This document shows positions 7,869-16,971 of a stretch of 64,000 nt of DNA, piece by piece. The position numbers and the translations under genes were made by a program. Below the pieces are notes generated by a model. It had not been told where the DNA came from. It did not search any database and saw nothing but the letters and a program-made list of their open reading frames with translations. The DNA lies in IMG/VR virus record IMGVR_UViG_3300045988_125866. The stretch is one strand, 5' to 3'. The number at the start of each line of letters is the position of its first letter. The first letter of the stretch is position 1. Source of the stretch: a virus.

Positions 7869-7915
7869 CTCTTTTGTTTGTTTTAGAATTTTTAATAAGT
7901 TATTATTTATTTTTT

Positions 7916-7951
7916 ACACCACTTATCTGTGAAGAAAGGTGGTGTTTTTTT
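7916..7951 (+). terminator. hairpin plus T-run upstream of tRNA(CAT)
   Basis: Stem ACACCAC (7916-7922) / GTGGTGT (7939-7945) followed by TTTTTTT. Confidence 0.55.
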
Positions 7952-7954
7952 ACA

Positions 7955-8027
7955 GCGGAATAGTAGCAGTTGGTAGCTCGTCAGGCTCATATCCTGAAGG
8001 TCGGTGGTTCGAGTCCACCTTCCGCAA
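7955..8027 (+). tRNA. tRNA-Met(CAT): tRNA with CAT anticodon (Met or Ile2), atypical
   Basis: Anticodon arm TCAGG-CTCATAT-CCTGA and T arm GGTGG-TTCGAGT-CCACC. The acceptor GCGGAA/TTCCGC has only 6 clean pairs, and the D stem has a U10:C25 mismatch. Confidence 0.5.
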
Positions 8028-8111
8028 CGAAATTTATTGCACATGTTAATTTTGCTCGTTAATGTCTCCAGGCGTGGCGTTTTTTTAAATGAATATTAGT
8101 TTTAATGGCTC

Positions 8112-8145
8112 AGCTCTGTCTGTGAAGATAGAGCTCTGTTTTTAA
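8112..8145 (+). terminator. rho-independent terminator after tRNA region
   Basis: Stem 8112-8120 / 8127-8135 (AGCTCTGTC / GATAGAGCT, one G:U pair) followed by CTGTTTTT. Confidence 0.55.
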
Positions 8146-8325
8146 CCTTAAAGCAATTAGGTAATGCGCTTACGCCGCATAGGGCGTATAGGGAAGAAGG
8201 CTCGATACCTTCTAAGGTTACGAATAGATCATATTTCTATTTTGTAGTTGTTGGTTATTATTTGAATGGGAACGGAGGTCGTAAAAAACGCACGGCCTCC
8301 TTCCTTTTTCCAAAACAAGAAAAAA

Positions 8326-8586
8326 ATGAAAGTAATATACACAATAAGAGTTAAGAAAGAGAATATAAACGAACTCTCCAAGCTTGAGGCAGTAGAGAGA
8401 ATATTCAATGACGAGAAAGGCCGCATGGTAGTTCTTCTCAAACAGGATTTCACTGACGGAAAGAGAGAGGTCGCCGAGAACGACTATATTGTTCAGTGGA
8501 AAAGTGGAAAATACCAGAGGTTCGGAGCTGTTGCGTTCGATAACCTCTTTAAAACACCGAGTGAGGAGGGCAAACAATGGCGATAA
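8326..8586 (+). CDS. hypothetical protein
   Basis: Start moved to MKVIYTI, downstream of a GGAGG/CCTCC hairpin at about 8274-8300. No domain recognised. Confidence 0.5.
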   Translation: MKVIYTIRVKKENINELSKLEAVERIFNDEKGRMVVLLKQDFTDGKREVAENDYIVQWKSGKYQRFGAVAFDNLFKTPSEEGKQWR

Positions 8587-9050
8587 AACGGGTGATGAAC
8601 AGAAAGGTCCAGCACGAAGGGCTTGAGTTCGACAGTGGAGAAGAGCTTCGTTACTACATTCTTCTCCTCGATGACAAGAATGTCTCCTGCATTCACAGGC
8701 AGGTTAGGCTGTGCCTTATCAAGCCTCTGTATGTACTCGTGCCAAAAGCCCTAAAGACAAAAGTAAAGTGGGTCAAACGAAGCCTCGTAAAAGGGCATTA
8801 CTATACGGCAGACTTTGTTTTCTTCGAGAACGGCAAGCTCGTCATCTGTGATGTTAAGTCAGAATATACGTCTAAGCTTCGCGAGTTCTCCATTACGATG
8901 AAGAATTGCATATCGCTTATCGTAAAGCATAATCTCAAGCGACATCACGGTGAAGCTAAGGTGATATTCCGAAAGGCGATATACAAAAACAGCAAAACGC
9001 TACGTATTGTCGATTATCCTTCGGATGGCGAAAAAGTCATATACGAATAA
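8577..9050 (+). CDS. DUF1064-like nuclease-fold protein
   Basis: The pattern GLEFDSGEELRYY .. YTADFVFFENGKLVICDVKS matches the phage DUF1064 (RecU/resolvase-like) signature. Confidence 0.6.
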   Translation: MAIKRVMNRKVQHEGLEFDSGEELRYYILLLDDKNVSCIHRQVRLCLIKPLYVLVPKALKTKVKWVKRSLVKGHYYTADFVFFENGKLVICDVKSEYTSKLREFSITMKNCISLIVKHNLKRHHGEAKVIFRKAIYKNSKTLRIVDYPSDGEKVIYE

Positions 9051-9247
9051 CGTGATTATTTAACCATATACATGACTTTACTTGAATCATTTTTTGACAG
9101 TGGCCGCAGTGATGCGCCTGCTGTTTTTTTATTCATTCAAAAAGCCTATGAAAATTATTATAGCATCATTTCTGCTTACAGTGATCGTGTTTCTGTTCGC
9201 AGCTTTTGTGGCAGTTCTTTTTAGAGCCAGCTCTTTTAAAAACGAAG

Positions 9248-10147
9248 ATGATGGAGAAGGAGTTTAGGTTCAACAAGAACAATGTGTGTCTGAACCATAA
9301 CGTCATCGAGGTCTGGGAGAACAACAAGAACACAAAGACGAGGGGTGTCATACCAGGGTTCTACATAAAGACAGCCGTCTTCAACGGAAAGTGGATATAC
9401 GGTTACGATATAACCCTGCATAACGGAGGTATTGGAGAGCCATGTATGCAACGGCCATGCAAAAAAGACTGCGACACCGAGCGTGAAGCTGTATTGGAAG
9501 CATGTAAGGAGGTTAGAGAATACCTTCTTGAGCACAAACGGGCCTCAAGTCCAGACTACTCTCATCACGAGATAGACAACTATTCTCCGAAACTCATCAA
9601 ACTTCTTGACGATCTCATGAGGCCCAGAGCTGTTCAGTTAAGCTTTATCTTAAACATTAAAGATATATTTATGGAGAAGTTAAAATGTAATTCAGGCAAT
9701 TTCTATGTTGTCGCTGTAGCTGTCGTTGAAGACAAGGATGGCGAAGTGAAAAAGGTGCGTAAGACTATTGTTGTCGAAGCGGTCTCTTTTGGTGACGCAG
9801 AGCTCAAGGCGTCCGATTTTATGGGCGATTACAGTGTTGGCGATGTTGAGGTACTCAATATCACTCCTGCCGCATTCAGCGAAGTCTACTCTTCCTGTGA
9901 TAGCGATGACGACAAGTTCTATAAGGGAACCGTCGACTACATCACTGTGAACGAGAATACGGGCAAACCAAAGAAAACCAAGCAGTCGATGCTCATCCAG
10001 GCTAACTGCCTCAACAGGGCCACCCGTTATCTTGACGAGATTATGCGTGGGTCGATGGTAGACTACTCTTCTGTTTCTGTTTCCGAAACTCAGATTTTTG
10101 ACAGTTTCTTTATTCATAAAGTGAAAGCCAATGATCAACAGGGATAG
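9248..10147 (+). CDS. hypothetical two-part protein
   Basis: The long ORF begins at 9206; the MMEKEF start at 9248 is preferred. The C-terminal half resembles Bacteroidota DUF4494-type proteins, from memory only. Confidence 0.45.
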   Translation: MMEKEFRFNKNNVCLNHNVIEVWENNKNTKTRGVIPGFYIKTAVFNGKWIYGYDITLHNGGIGEPCMQRPCKKDCDTEREAVLEACKEVREYLLEHKRASSPDYSHHEIDNYSPKLIKLLDDLMRPRAVQLSFILNIKDIFMEKLKCNSGNFYVVAVAVVEDKDGEVKKVRKTIVVEAVSFGDAELKASDFMGDYSVGDVEVLNITPAAFSEVYSSCDSDDDKFYKGTVDYITVNENTGKPKKTKQSMLIQANCLNRATRYLDEIMRGSMVDYSSVSVSETQIFDSFFIHKVKANDQQG

Positions 10148-10397
10148 TTTGCAGGCAGTATTCGCTCGCCTCACACCACAGGTAGCAGAGGCCGTAATGC
10201 GAAAGAGGACAGAACATAAGTGTCTTATGAATCTTACGAGAAACAACTCTCTTATGGTTCAACAACAAGCCATCTTTCTTAACTACATAGCAGGAGAGGG
10301 CAGACGAAAGTTTGTCATCCCCACTGTTGAGACCGATGCAGACGGAAGACAGAAAGTCGTCGATAAGATTTCGTTCAAATACATTGACCAGAAATGA
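10131..10397 (+). CDS. hypothetical protein
   Basis: 88-aa ORF overlapping the previous stop, in the same-strand early operon. Confidence 0.45.
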   Translation: MINRDSLQAVFARLTPQVAEAVMRKRTEHKCLMNLTRNNSLMVQQQAIFLNYIAGEGRRKFVIPTVETDADGRQKVVDKISFKYIDQK

Positions 10398-10507
10398 AAC
10401 ACGCCTGTATGAGCTGCTTCTGGCGAGGTCAGTGCGACGACAAGAAGTCTGGACGCACATGGGAACACACGTGCGAAAGATGGGAGTTTAGATACGAAAG
10501 TGATTAA
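10394..10507 (+). CDS. small Cys-rich protein (37 aa)
   Basis: ATGA start/stop overlap with the upstream ORF. Sequence MKHACMSCFWRGQCDDKK..HTCERWEF. Below the ORF-track length cutoff. Confidence 0.35.
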   Translation: MKHACMSCFWRGQCDDKKSGRTWEHTCERWEFRYESD

Positions 10508-10527
10508 TTTTTTAAATTTTAGATAAA

Positions 10528-11373
10528 ATGGAAAACGAAAACAACGGATATGAGGTCATGCAGGTTAGCCATGACAATAGTATCATTCAGATGGACCCTG
10601 TAGAGCGTGCAAATGTTGACTCTCAAGTTGCAACAGCAAAGCAATATCCGAGAGATCTTACAAGAAGTGTAAACAACTCCATCGTTATGGCAACAATGGA
10701 CTATGCTACCGCACAGAGCTGTGGTTATGCTCTTCCACGTGGTGGCAAGCCTATTACGGGCCCAAGCGTCCATCTTGCCAAGCTTCTTGTTTCAAATTGG
10801 GGTAACATGCGAGCAGAAGCAAAGGTTGTTCAGATTACCGACAAACAAGTTATCAGTCGCGGTACTTGTTGGGATTTGGAGAACAATGTAGCTACAGCAT
10901 TTGAGGTAAGACGCTCTATCGTCGGGAAGAATGGTAATCGATTCTCTGACGATATGATTACTGTTACTGGTAATGCTGCAAATGCTATCGCTTATCGTAA
11001 TGCGGTATTCTCTGTTATTCCGAAGGCGATTGTAGATAAGGTATATCAGGCTGCACAGCGGTGCATTACAGGCGACCTCTCTGACGAAGAAAAAGTAATT
11101 TCGCGCAGAAAGAAGTGTATCGACTTCTTTAAGGATGAGTATGGTATCAACGAGCAGGAGGTTGTTATGCTCTGTGGCAAGCAGACGGTCAACCAGATTA
11201 AGGCAGATCAAATAGCACTGCTTCTTGGTATCACTCAGTCGTTAAAAGATGGCGATACAACGGTCGACGAACTGATGAAGCCGTACCGTAAGGAAGAAAA
11301 CAAGAAGACTGTTGCTGCTATGGCCGCTGACGCTGCGAAGGCTGATGCCGCAAAGAAGGAGGATAAGAAATGA
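10528..11373 (+). CDS. putative single-strand annealing/recombination protein
   Basis: 281-aa ORF with ATGA coupling to the downstream YqaJ-like exonuclease. The family could not be assigned from sequence alone. Confidence 0.4.
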   Translation: MENENNGYEVMQVSHDNSIIQMDPVERANVDSQVATAKQYPRDLTRSVNNSIVMATMDYATAQSCGYALPRGGKPITGPSVHLAKLLVSNWGNMRAEAKVVQITDKQVISRGTCWDLENNVATAFEVRRSIVGKNGNRFSDDMITVTGNAANAIAYRNAVFSVIPKAIVDKVYQAAQRCITGDLSDEEKVISRRKKCIDFFKDEYGINEQEVVMLCGKQTVNQIKADQIALLLGITQSLKDGDTTVDELMKPYRKEENKKTVAAMAADAAKADAAKKEDKK

Positions 11374-12062
11374 TTACCGACAATGTAGAACAGCGCAGCT
11401 TAGAATGGCACAGGATGCGATGTGGCTGCATAACTGGTTCTAAGGTTGCCGACATCATGAAGTCTGGTCGCAAGAAAGATGAGGTTTTTTCCGACACGGC
11501 AAAAGCGTATCTCTTCCAGGTTGCAGGCGAACGTATGTTTAATCCTGCATTCTTGAATGATGATGATATTTTTCAAGACTACATCGACCAAGTTTCTGTC
11601 AATACTAAGGCTATGCAGTGGGGAGCCGACCAGGAGGATGCAGCTAAGGCTCTCTATATGCAGATGAACTTCCCTGAAGGAGAGATGGCGGAGCTGTCGT
11701 CTTGTAAGCACGACACAATACCTTACTTCGCAGCTTCTCCCGACGGTGCAATATATTGTCGCGATGGCGAAGACCTCAAAATCATCGAGGTCAAGTGCCC
11801 AAACATCAACACATATATGAAGTACCGAACTCTCATTCACGACGCAGCTTCGCTCAAAGAAACAGAACCGAAGTACTACTGGCAAATGATGGCGGAGATG
11901 AGTTGTACTGGCGCTAAAGGCGGAGTTTTCATCGTGTATTGCCCTTGGCTGACGAAGCCTATTCACTGGGCTGAGATCGAAAGAGTTGAGGATGATATTA
12001 ATCTTATGGAACAGAGGGTAATCCTCGCAAACGATTTTATTAACAAAATTATAGACAGTTAA
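11370..12062 (+). CDS. YqaJ/lambda-exonuclease-like recombination exonuclease
   Basis: Motifs EQRSLEWHRMRCGCITGSKVADIM, ASPDG and IIEVKCP, typical of the YqaJ viral recombinase family. Confidence 0.7.
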   Translation: MITDNVEQRSLEWHRMRCGCITGSKVADIMKSGRKKDEVFSDTAKAYLFQVAGERMFNPAFLNDDDIFQDYIDQVSVNTKAMQWGADQEDAAKALYMQMNFPEGEMAELSSCKHDTIPYFAASPDGAIYCRDGEDLKIIEVKCPNINTYMKYRTLIHDAASLKETEPKYYWQMMAEMSCTGAKGGVFIVYCPWLTKPIHWAEIERVEDDINLMEQRVILANDFINKIIDS

Positions 12063-12512
12063 ATGGAGCTACAAGGAAAGGTTATTGCCGTTTTACCTGA
12101 AAGAAGCGGCATTTCGGCAAGAGGCGAGTGGAAATGTCAGACTTATGTAATAGAAACACAAGAGCAATACCCTAAGAAGATGGCTTTTGATGTTTTTGGA
12201 GCTGATAGAATTGTCAATTTTGGCATTCAGGTTGGCATGGTTGTCGATGTTAGCTTTGACATTGATGCGCATGAATATCAAGGTAGATATTTTAACCAGA
12301 TTCGTGCTTGGGATGTTAAGAATGTGGCGCAGCAAAATCCTGCGCAGGGTGTGAATTATAACGGCAATGCTCATGCAGGCGCCCAGGCAGCCCAGGCAGC
12401 ACAACAGGCAGCTATGGCCGGAGCGCCAAACCCGATGAATCCAAACAATCCGTTTCCTCCAGCACAACAGCCAGGAGCGCCAGCAGGGAAATCCGATGAC
12501 CTTCCATTCTGA
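12063..12512 (+). CDS. DUF3127-type OB-fold single-stranded DNA-binding protein
   Basis: N-terminus MELQGKVIAVLPERSGISARGEWKCQTYVIE, a Gln/Ala/Pro-rich linker, and the acidic SSB-like tip DDLPF at the C-terminus. Confidence 0.6.
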   Translation: MELQGKVIAVLPERSGISARGEWKCQTYVIETQEQYPKKMAFDVFGADRIVNFGIQVGMVVDVSFDIDAHEYQGRYFNQIRAWDVKNVAQQNPAQGVNYNGNAHAGAQAAQAAQQAAMAGAPNPMNPNNPFPPAQQPGAPAGKSDDLPF

Positions 12513-12563
12513 TCTGGATGATAAGGTGAAACTTATACAAAAAGCATTTAATGCTGTAATAGT

Positions 12564-13001
12564 ATGATGTACAACACAAGCAACCCTCTTGAGGCACAGA
12601 ACTTGAGGCTTCGTGTCGACAAGCTGATAGAACGCGGAGAGATGGTGGAACTGATAAGCAAGAAGCCACGGTCACTCAAGGCCAATGCTTATCTTCATGC
12701 CATCCTCTCATACTTCGGCTTGCAGACAGGTAACACGCTCGACGAAGTCAAAAGTTACTACTTCAAGAGGGTTGTCAATAGTGATCTGTTTGTGAGGCAC
12801 AAACACGATGATATTCTTGGTGACGACAGAATATATCTTCAGTCTACCACAAAGCTGACACAGGAAGAACTTTCGCTTGCCATAGACCGTTTCCGAAACT
12901 GGTCTGCCGACAAGGCTGGTATCTACATTCCGTCATCAGAAGAATATATCGCACTTCTTCACATACAGCACGACATTGACAATGCTAAAAATTATCTCTA
13001 A
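12564..13001 (+). CDS. hypothetical protein
   Basis: 145-aa ORF in the early operon. No domain recognised. Confidence 0.5.
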   Translation: MMYNTSNPLEAQNLRLRVDKLIERGEMVELISKKPRSLKANAYLHAILSYFGLQTGNTLDEVKSYYFKRVVNSDLFVRHKHDDILGDDRIYLQSTTKLTQEELSLAIDRFRNWSADKAGIYIPSSEEYIALLHIQHDIDNAKNYL

Positions 13002-13416
13002 GCAAATGATATTACCCAAAAAGATAAGAAATAAGTCTGACGAGTTGTTCCCCGACAACCATGAGGCTCACAAGGCATTTCTGATGGGAGCCGCGATGGC
13101 ACTTGGATACGACCTGTCCGACTTTCAGAGCGACGAACAGTCCTGCTGTGATGATTATCCCTGCAAGGAAGCTCTCGAAGCATGGCTTGCATACAAGAAA
13201 GAAAAACGTCAGACTTACAAGCCACGTGGGTTAGAAGCTCTTAAAAAGAAACTTCTACAGTTGTCAAACGGAAATCCTGAATACGCAAAGGTTATCGTTG
13301 AGTATTCTATGGGCAACAACTACACTGGGTTGTTCGCTCCTAAAAACAATGGTGTAAACAGCTATGAACAACAGCAACGAACTTTCAACAAGATTAATTC
13401 AATCCTTGCCGACTGA
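12976..13416 (+). CDS. hypothetical protein
   Basis: 146-aa ORF. The start is ambiguous, with an alternative Met at 13006. Confidence 0.45.
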   Translation: MTMLKIISKQMILPKKIRNKSDELFPDNHEAHKAFLMGAAMALGYDLSDFQSDEQSCCDDYPCKEALEAWLAYKKEKRQTYKPRGLEALKKKLLQLSNGNPEYAKVIVEYSMGNNYTGLFAPKNNGVNSYEQQQRTFNKINSILAD

Positions 13417-14038
13417 ATATAGTCAAGCGGTATCAAAATATGGTGAACAATATGCGCTATTCTTGGAGAAATATCCTACTCTGCAAAATCGCACGGACAC
13501 TATAACTTCCATATACGATTCTGTCGATAGAGGCGGTATGTCCTTTGTTGAAGTTGACAAATACTTCAAAGATGGTGCAAGCGAGTTCTGGATTAAGGTA
13601 ATGCTTATTGATTTGTTTATGGTTGTTGGAGCTATCGACTCAACTACCTCTTACCAGTTCAAGGCTATGGCGCAGCGCATCAGACAAGAATACTATCACC
13701 TTACTCCAAGCGAGCTTACCAGATTCTTCTACGAGTTTTCTATTGGCGAGTATGGTGAAATCTATGTCGGCAAGACCGTGAATCCTCAGATACTTTTTAT
13801 AGCCCTCGACAAGTATATGTGCAAGGTATACGAAAAGAGAGCCGAAATTGACGGACAGAGAAACCGCGACAAGCAGAAGATAGAGGATGAGAAGGCTAAG
13901 GCGAACGCTATATCCTACGAAGAGTATTGTTTAAGGAAAGGTGTTGATCCGAAACAATCCCCTCTTTTCGAGCTAAAACAAAAATTTCAAAAAGAATCAA
14001 AACGTAATAAAGATGGAAACTCCAGGGAAATGCAGTGA
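13364..14038 (+). CDS. hypothetical protein
   Basis: 224-aa ORF with a basic, coiled C-terminus. Confidence 0.5.
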   Translation: MNNSNELSTRLIQSLPTEYSQAVSKYGEQYALFLEKYPTLQNRTDTITSIYDSVDRGGMSFVEVDKYFKDGASEFWIKVMLIDLFMVVGAIDSTTSYQFKAMAQRIRQEYYHLTPSELTRFFYEFSIGEYGEIYVGKTVNPQILFIALDKYMCKVYEKRAEIDGQRNRDKQKIEDEKAKANAISYEEYCLRKGVDPKQSPLFELKQKFQKESKRNKDGNSREMQ

Positions 14039-14195
14039 ATGGACGAGGAGAAGGTGTAAACATCAGCCTCGTCTTTACGGCGCAGCAAATGTGTGCGCAG
14101 AATGTGTTGAAGAACAGTGCTTTGCCCCGAACGCTTTTTATTACACGAGTAAATTGCGTGATAATTATGAATGCGATGACGAAGAAGACACTTAA
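14013..14195 (+). CDS. small Cys-rich (zinc-ribbon-like) protein
   Basis: 60 aa with CSEW..RRC .. CAEC..C spacing. Preferred over the overlapping first half of ORF 14035-14304. Confidence 0.4.
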   Translation: METPGKCSEWTRRRCKHQPRLYGAANVCAECVEEQCFAPNAFYYTSKLRDNYECDDEEDT

Positions 14196-14304
14196 CCAGC
14201 TTAAGAAAGAGTGGCTGTCCGCGCACCCGGATGCCACCGTAGAGCAGGCTTTCGATGCAGGAGCCTTCGCTGAGACATGGCTGTGGTGTAACCAAACCAA
14301 GTAA
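14167..14304 (+). CDS. hypothetical small protein
   Basis: An internal Met (MNAMTKKTLNQLKKEW..) of ORF 14035-14304. Only this part looks protein-like. Confidence 0.35.
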   Translation: MNAMTKKTLNQLKKEWLSAHPDATVEQAFDAGAFAETWLWCNQTK

Positions 14305-14315
14305 ATTTTAGAATT

Positions 14316-14591
14316 ATGACACAGAAAGAACGTATTGAGAACGCTACCACAAAGCAGGCGGTAGTGTTCATCGGAGTTTATTCTTGGGGTATCGTCAGAA
14401 ACCTGGGAAGAGCAATCAATAAGGCAGTATACCGACTTCCCTGGCTCTTCATAACACTAACGGTTATCATTTCCTTTATCGTTAGCTTTATCCTTATCTC
14501 CAAGGCACGTGCCGAACGTGACAGATACGATAAGGATATGGAGCATATATCTCAACAACTCGACAGCTACAAGGCTGTTTACGATAAGTAA
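14316..14591 (+). CDS. membrane-anchored hypothetical protein
   Basis: 91 aa with a central hydrophobic helix WLFITLTVIISFIVSFILI. Confidence 0.45.
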   Translation: MTQKERIENATTKQAVVFIGVYSWGIVRNLGRAINKAVYRLPWLFITLTVIISFIVSFILISKARAERDRYDKDMEHISQQLDSYKAVYDK

Positions 14592-14606
14592 TTTAATCAC
14601 GCAGAA

Positions 14607-14765
14607 ATGAGAAAATACAAACATACAATCATCATATTACTGATCGTTGTTGCAACGGCTATACTCTGCCTCAGCTTCCTCTGCTTCATGGTCCATCATT
14701 ACATTCTCGCCTCAGTGGCGCTGGTGTGTATTTTTGGGGTGTTCTTTGTCGAAAGGGAGGTCTGA
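14607..14765 (+). CDS. small membrane protein (52 aa)
   Basis: Sequence MRKYKHTIIILLIVVATAILCLSF... Its stop lies 1 nt before the next ATG. Below the ORF-track cutoff. Confidence 0.35.
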   Translation: MRKYKHTIIILLIVVATAILCLSFLCFMVHHYILASVALVCIFGVFFVEREV

Positions 14766-14766
14766 T

Positions 14767-15720
14767 ATGCAGTGGAAACCAAACAGATCAAAACCATTAA
14801 TAGCAGGTATCCCTCTGAAAAGACCATCACAGGAACAGGTCAACAAGGCTTACATGCTTTTCTACTCCATGATAGGAGGTTTCGCCTCTGTGGTCCAGAC
14901 ACAGATTACTGATGTATACAACTATGCGCGACAGGATAAAAAACTGTTCCGAATGGAGGCAAAAAAGCGGCTTACGGAGGCGAAACGATGTTCTGACGAA
15001 CTTGTTGAATCTTTCATGTTCTACATGGGCAAGATTGGTATGCAGCAGATATGGCTCGACCTAACAGATGCTATCGAGGAGGATATTAGGCCCGATATAC
15101 AGAAATGCTTTTATGCTCTCGATAACCAGTTCTTGAAGTTCGGTATTAAGCAGCATAAACTCTACACCCTAATTCTCATGGCCGAAATTTTATCAAGAAT
15201 GCTTTGTAAGTCTGTGGATGAGTTCTCGTCTGTTATGCAGAAGAACTACGGCATGACAGCATTTACCGTTGGCAGCCGGTTCACTATGCCGGTCAAGGGC
15301 GTTTATGCAAGGATACGCAACGTGATGGAACTTCTTTATCCTGTTTCTATAGACAACAATGTGTTTTCGGAATGCAAAGACAAGTTTAATCTTGGCTTCG
15401 AGATTATCGGTCTTAAAATTCTTGATTGCCATCGTGCTGGCGAAGCCTTATCCAAGGCATGCGAACTTAACGGCGTTAATATAACACAAGACGGGTCTGA
15501 TAAGAAAAATCAGATCGTCAACACCGGCACACCTTGGAATGAGGCTCAGATAAGGGCGCTTACTATAGGGTTCCCGGATTCTCCTACAAAAGAAGTCGCA
15601 CATATTGTAGGCCGCAGCGTTTATGAGGTAAACAAGAAAGCCAAGGAGCTTGGATTGAAAAAATCTCCTAAATACCTCAAAGCTATAAGAACAGCAAACC
15701 TTAAAAAGAAAACAAAATGA
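14767..15720 (+). CDS. hypothetical protein with C-terminal HTH-like segment
   Basis: Start moved to MQWKPN. The C-terminus reads PWNEAQIRALTIGFPDSPTKEVAHIVGRSVYEVNKKAKELG (Myb/sigma-region-4-like). Confidence 0.45.
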   Translation: MQWKPNRSKPLIAGIPLKRPSQEQVNKAYMLFYSMIGGFASVVQTQITDVYNYARQDKKLFRMEAKKRLTEAKRCSDELVESFMFYMGKIGMQQIWLDLTDAIEEDIRPDIQKCFYALDNQFLKFGIKQHKLYTLILMAEILSRMLCKSVDEFSSVMQKNYGMTAFTVGSRFTMPVKGVYARIRNVMELLYPVSIDNNVFSECKDKFNLGFEIIGLKILDCHRAGEALSKACELNGVNITQDGSDKKNQIVNTGTPWNEAQIRALTIGFPDSPTKEVAHIVGRSVYEVNKKAKELGLKKSPKYLKAIRTANLKKKTK

Positions 15721-16130
15721 AAAAGATTCCAAAGTTATACACAAAGAATAATAAAGGTCGCTACGAGGAATATAAGATTCCCGAATGTGACACATCTGAT
15801 ACATTTTATCAGAAGATAAATGGAAGGTACGAACCCGCATGTATGCTCTTGCATGACTCTCTACCAGAGGGCGTGTGGGTAATCACTCGACATCGTTCTT
15901 CTACAGAGTATATCAGAGGGGCATACCTTCGTGAGCGCTTCCGTCTTGATAAGGTCTCTGATATTGAGCGTTTTCCTCTGTCAAAGATGGGACATATAAA
16001 CAAGGTGTCTGATCGCATCATGAGTGAATTAAAACTAAGTAATACCGATTCTAAGCCTATGACCAATCGCGAACTTGTTGATGCTGTTGTTGGGCTTGTA
16101 TACAAGATTAACGAGGAGGATAGCTTATGA
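15717..16130 (+). CDS. hypothetical protein
   Basis: 137-aa ORF with ATGA coupling on both sides. Confidence 0.5.
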   Translation: MKKIPKLYTKNNKGRYEEYKIPECDTSDTFYQKINGRYEPACMLLHDSLPEGVWVITRHRSSTEYIRGAYLRERFRLDKVSDIERFPLSKMGHINKVSDRIMSELKLSNTDSKPMTNRELVDAVVGLVYKINEEDSL

Positions 16131-16327
16131 TGTCAGAAAAGCAATATCGAGTAGCCAGAAAGGGTATTGTCGAGCAAATTAAGTTAGCTCAGAAGCTACA
16201 CTGCGTCAACATTGAAAAGAAGCACAGAGCCGCGTTAAAGAAGTTGGAGCTACGTTTCTTAAAACCCGACGCAACGGGTTGTTTTGATTGGGGGGCAAGA
16301 GTGTCGAGTAGTCGTTATCATTTATAA
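16127..16327 (+). CDS. hypothetical protein
   Basis: 66-aa basic ORF coupled to the upstream gene. Confidence 0.4.
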   Translation: MMSEKQYRVARKGIVEQIKLAQKLHCVNIEKKHRAALKKLELRFLKPDATGCFDWGARVSSSRYHL

Positions 16328-16339
16328 ATTACCGAGCTT

Positions 16340-16960
16340 ATGGAGAGAAAGATTGGAGAAACCTTTGAGTACCAAGGTAAGACTTATAAGGTAGCAGAAT
16401 TTGACGATTGTAGAAATTGCGCATTTATACATATTAATTGTTCTTCTTTAAGGTCTATTACAGGTAATTGTATGGACTTTTTGAGGAATGATGGCGCTAA
16501 TGTTAAATTTGAAGAAGTTAAAGATATGGAAATCAAAGATAACAAACTTACTATAAATATCCCTGATGGGATGGAGATAGACTTACAGAATAGCAACTTT
16601 GATACTGGCGTTATCAAGTTCAAGAAGAAAGAATTGACCTATGAAGATATAAAGGCTTCTTTAAGACTCAATGAAAACATGACAGTTATAGACGTTGCTG
16701 ACGAAAACGCAAATAGACTTTATGCTATTAATCGACTTATGTGTATAGCTAAGTTCTATAATGGTAACTGGAAACCTAATTGGAATAGTGTAGAATCTAA
16801 ATATTGTATTCTATATAGTAATCGTGCCCAATGCTATATAACAGATTATCGTACTTGTTTTGCTGCCGATACGGTATATTTCAAACGCGAAAAAGATGCT
16901 CAGGCTGTCATAGACAGCCCTAACTTCCGAGAAATCTTGGATGCAATTTACAAAGACTAA
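16340..16960 (+). CDS. hypothetical protein with N-terminal Cys-rich module
   Basis: The N-terminus (..CRNCAF..C..C..DGANVKFEEVK) is paralogous to the N-terminus of ORF 17970-18302. Confidence 0.5.
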   Translation: MERKIGETFEYQGKTYKVAEFDDCRNCAFIHINCSSLRSITGNCMDFLRNDGANVKFEEVKDMEIKDNKLTINIPDGMEIDLQNSNFDTGVIKFKKKELTYEDIKASLRLNENMTVIDVADENANRLYAINRLMCIAKFYNGNWKPNWNSVESKYCILYSNRAQCYITDYRTCFAADTVYFKREKDAQAVIDSPNFREILDAIYKD

Positions 16961-16971
16961 ACAATACGATT

